Below the pieces are notes generated by a model, which made no database searches, had not been told where the DNA came from, and worked only from the letters and a program-made list of their open reading frames with translations. Below are positions 54,137-62,509 of a stretch of 64,000 bases of DNA, in pieces. Position 1 is the stretch's first letter. Every line of letters begins with the position of its first letter. Source of the DNA: a virus; the IMG/VR virus record IMGVR_UViG_3300026291_000001, positions 311-64,310 of that record, one strand, 5' to 3'. The position numbers and the translations under genes are program-made.

Positions 54137-54673
54137 ATGAGTATTCAAACGATGATCGATGACGTTCTAAAGAAAGAAGGCGGATATACTGATAATCCAT
54201 TAGATCATGGAAAATGCACTAATATGGGCATCACCCTATCCACACTGGACGAGTTTACCGGAAAAAAAAATGGTAAGGACAACATCAAGGCACTAAGCCA
54301 GGCTGATGCCTGGCATATTTACTACAATAATTACTACATCAAGCCTGCTATCTATTCACTGCCGTCAGCGCTACAACCGCTTATCTTCGATATGGCCGTC
54401 AACCAAGGCCCTCACAGCGCCATTAAACTGCTGCAACTTGAATTAAAAACCCTGGGCTATATGTACCGCGCTGCCGATGGTATTAACGGACCAATCACTA
54501 TCGCCGCTTCAAAAAAAGCTATCAATGATCTAGGCGCTAAGTTTATTAATAGCGTGGTCAACCGGCGTATTGATTTTTATCATGCCATTGTCGAAGCCAA
54601 GCCCAACCAATCGATGTTTTTAAAAGGCTGGATCGCCAGGGCGGAAACTTTTAGAGAGCATGAAACTGTGTAA
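54137..54673 (+). CDS. endolysin, glycoside hydrolase family 108 with peptidoglycan-binding domain
   Basis: LKKEGGYTDNPLDHGKCTNMGIT, FDMAVNQGP, DGINGPIT, FLKGWIAR. Confidence 0.9.
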   Translation: MSIQTMIDDVLKKEGGYTDNPLDHGKCTNMGITLSTLDEFTGKKNGKDNIKALSQADAWHIYYNNYYIKPAIYSLPSALQPLIFDMAVNQGPHSAIKLLQLELKTLGYMYRAADGINGPITIAASKKAINDLGAKFINSVVNRRIDFYHAIVEAKPNQSMFLKGWIARAETFREHETV

Positions 54674-55924
54674 ACAATCACCTACCTGAAGGAAGGTGCT
54701 TTTATGGTAACTAAAATCGTTCCACATTAGGGCGGCTTACCGCACCCCTTGACGGACTGAAAAGCCTGTCAAACTTAGCAATATTCGACGCCGCATTGAC
54801 GTCGCTGTGGGATAAGTGACCACAGTTCTTACAGGAAAATTTATGTTTTACACGAGTACCGATAGCATCACAGACCGAGCAGGATTTGGAGGTATAAGCG
54901 GGATTAATGTATTTAATCTCGATACCGACCGCTTGTGCTTTGTAGGCAACAAAATCTTGAAGCTGTCTAAACGACCAGCGATGCAAGCGAGAGCGAACGC
55001 GCCTACCGGCTTTGATGTTATCGCGAATGTTGGTCAAGTCCTCAAGCCTGATTTCACTGGCATTGTAGGCAATGGCTTCTTGAACAATCGCTTTGGATAT
55101 TTCGTGGTTTACGTGTTTTACATGGGCTACTTCTTTGCCGGAGATTTTCTTCAGCAATTGCTTTGCCGAATTAGAACCGTTGCGTTGAAGTCTCTTGCGG
55201 TGCGCCAAGAACTTGTCTCGTTTATGGCGCAGTTCGCCACCACCAAACACCTTTCCGGTGCTGGTTGCAGCGATATTATTTTCACCAACATCAACACCCA
55301 TAGAGCCGTTTCCGGTACTGGGTGTAGCGTCGGGTATGTCAATAACCAGATTGAAGTACCACTGGCCTTTTCGTTTAAGCAATTCTGCTTCTTTGGCAAT
55401 ACCAGAGTTAAGCAGGTTAGCTTGATGCTTACCCAATATGTAATTGACTGCTATGCGGCCATCCAGCGTGAACAGGGAAATAACTTCTTTCTTGAACGAA
55501 TAGGTACGCTTATCAAAGTGCACGGAAGACGTTTGTTTAAAGCTGATAACCGGCCAGTCTTCTTTTTTGAGCTTGGGTTCATTAGCTACCAAGGACTTGT
55601 AAGACTGGGCAACATTAGCAATGGCATTACAGACCATTTGGGAGCCAAGAGCAGGCACTTGTTCCCTGACAGAATAGTAGCAAAGATGGTGCAAAGCTAC
55701 CCGATTCGAGCATTTGACGTGTGCGGAAAAACCAACCGCAATGTTACAAGCGTTAGAAAATTCAACTTGCAAAGCGTCGAGTTTAACGCTTTGTTCGATG
55801 GTTGGATCAAGCTTGATAGACACTGTTTTTTTCATATAGGAAACTATAGATTAGAAACAGCAAAAGATCAAGAGCACTCCTTACCTCCCCGCCCTAAAGA
55901 GACGGGGTATCACGGAGCTTTCCG
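54670..55924 (-). mobile_element. IS200/IS605-family element (tnpB only)
   Basis: Minus-strand left end CGGAAAGCTCCGTGATACCCCGTCTCTTTAGGGCGGGG after TCAT; right end AAAGCACCTTCCTTCAGGTAGGTGATTGTTTAC. Confidence 0.85.
54711..55835 (-). CDS. tnpB: TnpB RNA-guided endonuclease
   Basis: GVDVGE, RLEDLTNIR, HSDVNAASNI (D-E-D intact), CSVC...CKNC. Confidence 0.93.
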   Translation of the reverse strand: MKKTVSIKLDPTIEQSVKLDALQVEFSNACNIAVGFSAHVKCSNRVALHHLCYYSVREQVPALGSQMVCNAIANVAQSYKSLVANEPKLKKEDWPVISFKQTSSVHFDKRTYSFKKEVISLFTLDGRIAVNYILGKHQANLLNSGIAKEAELLKRKGQWYFNLVIDIPDATPSTGNGSMGVDVGENNIAATSTGKVFGGGELRHKRDKFLAHRKRLQRNGSNSAKQLLKKISGKEVAHVKHVNHEISKAIVQEAIAYNASEIRLEDLTNIRDNIKAGRRVRSRLHRWSFRQLQDFVAYKAQAVGIEIKYINPAYTSKSCSVCDAIGTRVKHKFSCKNCGHLSHSDVNAASNIAKFDRLFSPSRGAVSRPNVERF

Positions 55925-56113
55925 ATGATGTTTAACCAAACGGACAAAACCATGACCCCAAGCGAACATGCTACTTATGAAAAAATGCTGGAATTAATAC
56001 GGGACGCGCCGACCGATGAAGCCGCTTACAATGCGTCTGAAGTGTTATCGGTGCTGATGCATACGATAGTGATGCGGGTTGAGTCTGGGGTTAAGATGCC
56101 TAAAGAGGTCTAA
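55925..56113 (+). CDS. hypothetical protein
   Basis: 62 aa; a GGAG 5' of the ATG is supplied by the IS left end. Confidence 0.5.
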   Translation: MMFNQTDKTMTPSEHATYEKMLELIRDAPTDEAAYNASEVLSVLMHTIVMRVESGVKMPKEV

Positions 56114-56128
56114 ATCAGTAGCCCATTA

Positions 56129-56299
56129 GTCACAATTATGAAGCCATTGTGCAGGCTGTTGCTGACTCGAATATGCATCTAAGTACGTCACAATTACGAG
56201 GTCACTGTACAGGCTCTGACTTAAAAGTTAAATTTACCAAGCCAATTTACAGGCATTACGAGTGTCACATTTTCGATGCCAATGTACAGGCTTGAGTTT
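56129..56299 (-). CRISPR. delocalised mini array 2 (4 degenerate Cas12m-type repeats)
   Basis: 29-nt cores at 56129-56157, 56187-56215, 56227-56255, 56264-56292; inter-core gaps 29, 11 and 8 nt; all keep the 6-bp stem on the minus strand. Confidence 0.8.
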
Positions 56300-56442
56300 A
56301 TACTGTACCACCCGGACGGCTGACAACAATCCGGGCTTAACACTTTTAAAACACCCCCCTTAAACCGCCAAGTTCGAGGGGCTTATAACCCTATACCGCG
56401 CCTGTATTATAGCAGGTTCCAGAGAATTTAAACATGCGTTTT

Positions 56443-56715
56443 TCATACCGGTTTCACCAGATAGGCAATCGTCAACACAAGCAATATTTCCATGCCGATT
56501 ATCAGCGCTATGTTGAATAACAGCCTGCGTTCAAACTTCACCAGATCAAACGAGGTAAACAGTGTTTCCTTGGGTAACTCAGGCGGTATCGCGACAATAT
56601 CCTGCTTAATGGCCTCTACCAAGCCGCGCGTAATCGCTCCAGCAAGTTCTGTTTGCATCCCTTTATCCTCAAGGCTCTGCCTGAATTTTTGGGTATCAAA
56701 ATTGAGAGCGCTCAT
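56443..56715 (-). CDS. DUF1640/CCDC90-like protein (paralog 3 of 3)
   Basis: LNFDTQKFRQSLEDKGMQTELAGAI...TSFDL...TM. Confidence 0.7.
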   Translation of the reverse strand: MSALNFDTQKFRQSLEDKGMQTELAGAITRGLVEAIKQDIVAIPPELPKETLFTSFDLVKFERRLLFNIALIIGMEILLVLTIAYLVKPV

Positions 56716-56718
56716 CGC

Positions 56719-56886
56719 TCAATTATCCGTCTGGTTCCTGTTGGTTGGCTTGGCGTGTGTTTTGGTAATATGTTCACGCACTAAATTATCTATTATCAAG
56801 GTTAATGACAGCTCTTGTTCACTAGATAACTGTTTTAACAGCGTCCATGTTTTAGCTCTTATTCTTACCGTTTTATGTTCTATCAT
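56719..56886 (-). CDS. small RHH-like DNA-binding protein (55 aa)
   Basis: KTVRIRAKTWTLLKQLSSEQELSLTLIIDNLV; not in the ORF track. Confidence 0.45.
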   Translation of the reverse strand: MIEHKTVRIRAKTWTLLKQLSSEQELSLTLIIDNLVREHITKTHAKPTNRNQTDN

Positions 56887-57056
56887 AAAATTATGCCTAC
56901 ATAATGGCTACATTGTGTATAATAGTATAACACAATTATTTGGTAGACAAGTATACATTAAGTGAACAAATTGACAAAAACAACACCCACCGCTGGCACG
57001 GTGGGCCTTACAACACAACAACCGTCTGAATTATAGCAGACGATAGAGAGTTTAAA

Positions 57057-58346
57057 ATGATCATTGAAATATTCGATAGGCCGATAGCATTCCATAGATG
57101 TTTTGTTCCATTAACTGGATCAATTACAGCAGCTCTTATGTTATCACAGGCAATTTATTGGAGTAACAGAACCAAAAATAATGATGGATGGTTTTATAAA
57201 ACTCAAGAAGAATGGTTAGATGAAACAGGAATGAGCAGGAGTGAACAAGAAAAAGCCAGGGATAAACTACGTTGTACCGGGTTTTGGTTTGAAGAAAGGC
57301 GAGGCGTACCAGCAAAACTATTTTTTCGCGTAGATGAAAAAGAATTGTCAGCTAAGGTACATGGACAAAAACGAATTGTCGTTATGGAAGATGTATTGAA
57401 ACATTCAAAAAGAAGCTTGTTAGGGCTTTCTAAAACAAGTCTCATGCGAGCCATTAAAATAGGTGTTAACTCTGAATACGTAGATTATTCCAAGGTATTA
57501 GAAGAACATGGAATGCACTGCCATATCTGCGACCAAGCAATAACTAACACACTGGGACAACAACCAGATGCTTTATGTTTTGATCATGTTAAACCTATTG
57601 TTTTAGGCGGTGCTCATGTCTACGAAAACATAAAACCAGCGCATTTTAAATGCAATGGAAAAAAAGGTGGTAATTTTGAAGAAAAAGACTCGAATACCAA
57701 TGAAATTAAGAATGATTACGCTAAACATACTGATAAAATCCAGTCTGCTTACACTAAGCAGACTGGAGTGCTTACCGTAAACACTCAGGAGTGCTTACCC
57801 AAAGCAGACAAGAAGGATTACAGTAAACAGACTATTACAGAGAATACATCAGAGAATACATCAGAGAAGGTTGTTGTTGGCAAAACCGAAAATTCTTATT
57901 CTGAATCGATTGAACAAAACAAGGCCCTGAAAAAATGGCTCGAATATTTTATGAATGTAAAAGGCTATGCGCTGGTTGAGGTACAAACAGTCGATACAGT
58001 TCCTATGTTTCTGGAATGGGAAAAAATAGGAGTTACTGATGACGATATGGTATTTGCCGAGTTGGCAATAACGAAGTCGTTGAAAGGAAAGCGTCCTGTA
58101 ACGCCACTGTATTACAGGCAGATAGTACAAGATATTGTTGAAAAACGAAAAAGCCAGAACACCGCTAGAAACGGGTCTGGCTCCAATTCAAATAAAACTC
58201 ATAACCACGGTGATAATCATGAAAGACAAGGATACAACAATGAAACCCATTCTTCAACTGGTAGGAAACAATCTGCAATTGAAAGAATGGCAGCAAACTC
58301 AAGAGAACTCAGAGAAATACGGGCGCAAGAATCCAGAGTTATCTGA
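57057..58346 (+). CDS. replication initiator (lambda O-like wHTH) with an in-frame HNH domain
   Basis: RPIAFHRCF...AALMLSQAIYW...WFYKTQEEW..ETGMSR.EQ N-terminus; CHICDQ...FDHVKPIVLGG.H..ENIKPAHFKCNGKKG; ENTSENTSE linker. Confidence 0.8.
   Translation: MIIEIFDRPIAFHRCFVPLTGSITAALMLSQAIYWSNRTKNNDGWFYKTQEEWLDETGMSRSEQEKARDKLRCTGFWFEERRGVPAKLFFRVDEKELSAKVHGQKRIVVMEDVLKHSKRSLLGLSKTSLMRAIKIGVNSEYVDYSKVLEEHGMHCHICDQAITNTLGQQPDALCFDHVKPIVLGGAHVYENIKPAHFKCNGKKGGNFEEKDSNTNEIKNDYAKHTDKIQSAYTKQTGVLTVNTQECLPKADKKDYSKQTITENTSENTSEKVVVGKTENSYSESIEQNKALKKWLEYFMNVKGYALVEVQTVDTVPMFLEWEKIGVTDDDMVFAELAITKSLKGKRPVTPLYYRQIVQDIVEKRKSQNTARNGSGSNSNKTHNHGDNHERQGYNNETHSSTGRKQSAIERMAANSRELREIRAQESRVI
57747..57833 (+). 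repeat. putative origin iterons inside the initiator gene
   Basis: TTAC-N3-AA-N-CA motif with TTAC at 57749, 57772, 57795, 57818 (23-bp period) and one more at 57716. Confidence 0.6.
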
Positions 58347-58905
58347 TTCTGCAATTTTGTTCATTTGGGAAAAAATGACGGTTATCTATGCGGATCAATG
58401 GTTATCGCGTAATGGTCTGTTACATGAAAATGGAAAATATACCGCAGCGGCTAAGGAATGGGCAGAAACTTTGGCAGGTTTAACAGCTAGGCAAATAAAA
58501 TCAGGTTTTGATGCACTGAGAAAAAATGGGGAGGAATGGCCGCCCAATGCTATCAAGTTTAGAAAACTATGCCTAAGCCTGGAACTGGAAAGCTTACCGA
58601 CCGTTAACGAGGTTTACAACATACTGGCTTACAACAAAAACAAGCAAGGCAGCATCAAAGATCGGTTCGAGCATCCACTCGTGTTTAGCATAGCTAATGC
58701 AGTTGATCTGCAAAAGGTAAGATATGAAAGCTTGAAAACAGCCATGCAGCTCATAACCCCGGTTTATGATCGACTGATAAAACAAGGTTGGCCCGATTGG
58801 AAGCCTGAGCATTTGTTAACGCCTGCACTCATCGAGAAAAAGCCCACGGAAGTCAATAGCAATATAGCCCGTAAGTCATTTGCCGAGATGAGGAAATCAT
58901 TATGA
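58219..58905 (+). CDS. replication protein P-like helicase loader
   Basis: IWEKMTVIYADQW...EWAETLAGLT.RQIK.GF...WPPNAIKFRKLC. Confidence 0.7.
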   Translation: MKDKDTTMKPILQLVGNNLQLKEWQQTQENSEKYGRKNPELSDSAILFIWEKMTVIYADQWLSRNGLLHENGKYTAAAKEWAETLAGLTARQIKSGFDALRKNGEEWPPNAIKFRKLCLSLELESLPTVNEVYNILAYNKNKQGSIKDRFEHPLVFSIANAVDLQKVRYESLKTAMQLITPVYDRLIKQGWPDWKPEHLLTPALIEKKPTEVNSNIARKSFAEMRKSL

Positions 58906-58994
58906 GCGATAATACTTATTACACTATCAAGACATCTATGGCAAAAGTCGCCGATAACATAGAGCGCATGATGGAGTATGTTACGAGAACATAC

Positions 58995-59080
58995 GTCACA
59001 ATTATAAAGCCACTGTGCAGGCAAGATTAAATTATATGGCTACCGTCACAATTACAAAGCCATCGCGTAGGCAGATTAGA
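58995..59080 (-). CRISPR. delocalised mini array 3 (2 Cas12m-type repeats)
   Basis: Cores 58995-59023 and 59045-59073, 21 nt apart; minus strand TGCCTGCACAGTGGCTTTATAATTGTGAC and TGCCTACGCGATGGCTTTGTAATTGTGAC. Confidence 0.8.
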
Positions 59081-59237
59081 TTATGCCACAACTTGAAAAA
59101 CTAGCCGCAAAAAATAGCGCTGACGACACGAAAACAAAAAATAGGTACATTGGCTTATGTATAAAATATAAAAGGGCTTAGAACTAAAAAATGACTGACG
59201 CCGAATACCTGGAAAAAGAACTACTTCGACCGGAAAA

Positions 59238-59480
59238 TTAATCCTGCAAATCCAGGCGTTTCTCAATTCGCTGTATTTTCTCATACAGAAAATCCAGGGT
59301 TTTTTGTTGCCGGTCGTCAACATCAGCGCACGTTAATACCTCGTAGCGCACCGAACGTACGGAATTTTCAAAACTACCAAGCCTAAGCAAAATATCGCCC
59401 TGGATTTTCTTTACGTCATATATTTCAGACCGGATAAACCGAAGCTGTTCCAGAACAAGGTTACTCGTGTAATCGGTCAT
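59238..59480 (-). CDS. small coiled-coil protein (paralog 4 of 4)
   Basis: MTDYTSNLVLEQLRFIR...KIQRIEKRLDLQD. Confidence 0.7.
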   Translation of the reverse strand: MTDYTSNLVLEQLRFIRSEIYDVKKIQGDILLRLGSFENSVRSVRYEVLTCADVDDRQQKTLDFLYEKIQRIEKRLDLQD

Positions 59481-59748
59481 GGTGCTCCTTAAGCCAGTCT
59501 TTCAAAACGTTATTCATGCGCGTTTGCCAGCCCCGGCCGGTAGCTCGAAAAGCCGTCAGTACATCCGAATCAAAACGCACCGTGGTTGATACCTTGATGG
59601 GAGCTTTCTGCTTGCCACGGCCTTCTTTCAAGCCCAGCAAAGTAGTTTGTAACGATTCAGGCAAAGCCGAAAACGGCATAGCATTTTTAAAATCTTCTTC
59701 TGTCCACTCAGGATTATCATCATCAATCATTTCTGGATTTCGTTTCAT
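59461..59748 (-). CDS. brnA: BrnA antitoxin (no adjacent brnT)
   Basis: DDDNPEWTEEDF...RGKQKAPIKVSTTVRFDSDVLTAFRATGRGWQTRMN. Confidence 0.9.
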   Translation of the reverse strand: MKRNPEMIDDDNPEWTEEDFKNAMPFSALPESLQTTLLGLKEGRGKQKAPIKVSTTVRFDSDVLTAFRATGRGWQTRMNNVLKDWLKEHHDRLHE

Positions 59749-59931
59749 ACTGTTTTCTCTCTCTTTTGTTAATTGTAGTAACAAAAAAGAATTTAAGCAA
59801 GAAAAAAACCACCATGATTCATTTGCCATTTGAAAAAAAAAGCGAATTATGGTATACGTATGGCTCTCTAATCGTCACCGCGACGACACAGCGGATAAAC
59901 CCCTACGGGATTATATGAGATTTAAAAAACC

Positions 59932-60888
59932 ATGAGCGAAAGAAACGCAGAATACTTTGAATTACAACCCCACGAATTCGAGTTACTTTCTGATGAAGAG
60001 AAAGAACTGGTAACAACCGGCCAAACTCTTGAGGACGATACCAAGGTCGAAAATACTAAGGCCGAGGAAAGCAGCGATTCGTCCGACGCTGACAAAGACA
60101 GTGATGAGAAGGAAGATAAAGAACCTGAATACAAATTGCTGGCGAAAGACAATATTCATGAGATCCCTTATCAGGAACTCCTGGACACCCGGCAACGAGA
60201 AGCGGAATGGAAAGAGTTTGCTAACCAGCAAAGTCAATTAATAGCGGATTTGCAAACCGCCAAAATCGAGGATGCCGGGACTGGTAAAACCGAAGCACAG
60301 GACGCGGTAAAGGCTGAATACGCTGGCGAATTTCCAGAAGTCGCCTCGGACTTAAAGCCTTACATTCAGTCGATGATCGATGATGGAATAAAATCCGGGC
60401 TGGCCCAGTTTCAGGAAGAGATCAATAAGCGGGTAGCTCCCGTGGAACAGATCGCCAATGAAAGCTATTGGGATAAATACTTTACTTCCATACGCAATGC
60501 TCATCCTGATGCAGACTCCATAGTGGATGGTAAAGATTTACAAGTCTGGATTGATGCACAACCTTCGTTCGTGCGTGATAAATATGTCGAGGCCCTTGAA
60601 TATAAGGGCCCTGCCAAGAATCTGATTGAACTGTTCGCTAAGTTCAAGCAGGACACCGGCAGTGACAAACCGAAAGAACCGGCTACCGACGTAGCCGGAA
60701 AAGCTAAATCGGCTATTGCCAAAGTGAAATCACCGGTACCCGGAAGCTTGTCGGATATTCCCGCTGGAACAACCGGACATCATGATGAAGCCGAAGCAGT
60801 TTTGAATATGTCACCTCGCGAGCTGGAACGGAAATTCGCCGGTAAAAGCGCTGATGAAGTGATGAAAATGATGTCGAAATACGTGTAA
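59932..60888 (+). CDS. capsid scaffolding protein
   Basis: Acidic N-terminus, KDNIHEIPYQEL, IRNAHPDADSIV...WIDAQP; between portal and capsid genes. Confidence 0.7.
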   Translation: MSERNAEYFELQPHEFELLSDEEKELVTTGQTLEDDTKVENTKAEESSDSSDADKDSDEKEDKEPEYKLLAKDNIHEIPYQELLDTRQREAEWKEFANQQSQLIADLQTAKIEDAGTGKTEAQDAVKAEYAGEFPEVASDLKPYIQSMIDDGIKSGLAQFQEEINKRVAPVEQIANESYWDKYFTSIRNAHPDADSIVDGKDLQVWIDAQPSFVRDKYVEALEYKGPAKNLIELFAKFKQDTGSDKPKEPATDVAGKAKSAIAKVKSPVPGSLSDIPAGTTGHHDEAEAVLNMSPRELERKFAGKSADEVMKMMSKYV

Positions 60889-61127
60889 ACAGCCACAACC
60901 TGAGGGCATGGGCTTTATGGTAACCACGAAGGGTCCCACAGTAGGGAAGCTTACTGTACCCCTTAACGATCTGAAAAGTTCGTTAACCCTGCGTTATTTA
61001 GTTTTATCGATACCTGAAAGGTTCGAAAGGATGCCGACGCCGGGGAAGCGCACCATGTATAAATTATAGACAATGTTAATACAAGATCAAGTACACCATT
61101 TCTCCCCCACCTGAAGGAAGGAAACTG
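60885..61127 (-). mobile_element. miniature non-coding IS200/IS605 derivative (about 240 bp)
   Basis: Minus-strand right end GTTACCATAAAGCCCATGCCCTCAGGTTGTGGCTGTTTAC and left-end hairpin CCTTCCTTCAGGTGGGGGAG both resemble the ends of the 54670-55924 element; no ORF inside. Confidence 0.65.
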
Positions 61128-61216
61128 ATTGAAACTGAAGTAAAGAACACACTGCCCCAGGGCAGTAAGCCGCCGCGTCGTGATGACGCTGCTAATCCCG
61201 TAGAAGGAAACCTATT

Positions 61217-62509
61217 ATGCCAACCTCCGTACCTTACGGATCGGATCAAGCGATCCGAATCCAGTCGGCGGGTTTGTTTGCTGCTTCAATGCAGCGCAAC
61301 ACTACCCTAAACCGACTCACAGGCCCGATGCCACAGCAAAGTGACGCGGAAAACAATTTACGCACACAATCCAGTAACAAATACCCGATTGTATTGTGCA
61401 AGGACTTATCGAAAACCGCAGGCGACGAGATCACCTTCGACCTGATTAACCCTCTTAGTGGTATCCCTATCATGGGCGGCCAGAACGCGGAAGGTCAAGG
61501 CGAGGCATTAAGCTTCTCGCAAGACCGTTTGCGGATCAATCAAAGCCGGAAACCGATTAGCGCGGGCGACGCCATGTCGCAACAACGCACCAAATGGCAA
61601 CTCAGGAGCCTGGCTCGAACCCTGGCCGAAGAGTACATGAACCGGCTGCTGGATCAAACTACTCTTGTACACATGGCGGGCGCTCGCGGCTTCCATGACA
61701 ATATTGAGTGGGCCATACCGCTGGCTACGCATCCAAAGTTTGCTGAAATCCTGATTAACCGCATTAAAGCCCCGACTAAAAACCGGCACTTTATGTCCAC
61801 GGGAACCGGGATTGAACACATTAACGCCACAGCGGGCGAGTTAAATTTTGCCTCGACCGATACCCTGAATATGGAAGTGGTCGATGCTATTCGCACACAA
61901 CTCGACTCGATGCCGCTACCTCCGGCCCCAGTCATCTTTGATGGTGACAAGATGGCAGGCGATTCCCCGTTGCGTATTTTGCTGGTATCCAGCGAAAATT
62001 ATACAAAATTCGTGCAATCCACCAACTTCAGGACCTTGCAATCACAAGCGATGGCACGCTCCCAAAACGCAGGCGATAACCCGTTATTCAGGGGTGATGC
62101 CGGATTGTGGAACGGGATTCTGATTGTTAAAATGCCTAAACCGATTCGTTTCTATCCAGGCAATCCGATGAACTGGTGTGGCAGTTTTACCACGGAAGTG
62201 GAAAATACCACTGATGTGATACCGGCCGCGTTTACGTCGAACGGTAAGCAACTGTTTGCGGTAGATCGTTCGATTCTGCTGGGTGGTCAGGCAATTGCCA
62301 CGGCTCTCGGCATGAATAACAAGACCGGGAATCCGTTCTTTTGGTCAGAACGTGAACTTGATCACGCCGACAAGCTAGAAGTGCTTATAGGAATGATGAA
62401 TGGGACAAGTAAAATACGCTTTAAAATTGATCACGGAACCGCAGGTCAACAAGTGACGGATAATGGCATAATTTGTATAGATAGCGTTGTGCCTATGGGT
62501 GCTTTATAG
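61217..62509 (+). CDS. major capsid protein, N4-gp56 family
   Basis: DLSKTAGDEITFDL..P.SG.P.MG...AEGQGEALSF..D.LRINQ.R..., LFRGDAG.WNGIL, FFWSERELDH. Confidence 0.92.
   Translation: MPTSVPYGSDQAIRIQSAGLFAASMQRNTTLNRLTGPMPQQSDAENNLRTQSSNKYPIVLCKDLSKTAGDEITFDLINPLSGIPIMGGQNAEGQGEALSFSQDRLRINQSRKPISAGDAMSQQRTKWQLRSLARTLAEEYMNRLLDQTTLVHMAGARGFHDNIEWAIPLATHPKFAEILINRIKAPTKNRHFMSTGTGIEHINATAGELNFASTDTLNMEVVDAIRTQLDSMPLPPAPVIFDGDKMAGDSPLRILLVSSENYTKFVQSTNFRTLQSQAMARSQNAGDNPLFRGDAGLWNGILIVKMPKPIRFYPGNPMNWCGSFTTEVENTTDVIPAAFTSNGKQLFAVDRSILLGGQAIATALGMNNKTGNPFFWSERELDHADKLEVLIGMMNGTSKIRFKIDHGTAGQQVTDNGIICIDSVVPMGAL

Noticed and set aside
54816-55928. 370-aa antisense ORF over tnpB
   Set aside because: Shadow ORF opposite an intact tnpB; no independent motifs.
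56894-56919. Possible tenth Cas12m repeat TGCCTA CATAAT GGCTAC ATTGTG TA
   Set aside because: The loop is 6 nt rather than 9, it lacks the terminal AC, and it overlaps a likely TGnTATAAT promoter; may be chance.
57838-57870. 12-bp tandem repeat CAGAGAATACAT
   Set aside because: It encodes the ENTS linker common in lambda O-like initiators; not notable by itself.
58239-58248. 10-nt match (GGGTTTCATT, minus strand) to the guide following the solitary repeat at 34732
   Set aside because: A 10-mer match is expected by chance at an appreciable rate in 128 kb of both strands, and the 5' flank (GAAT) is not a TTN PAM.
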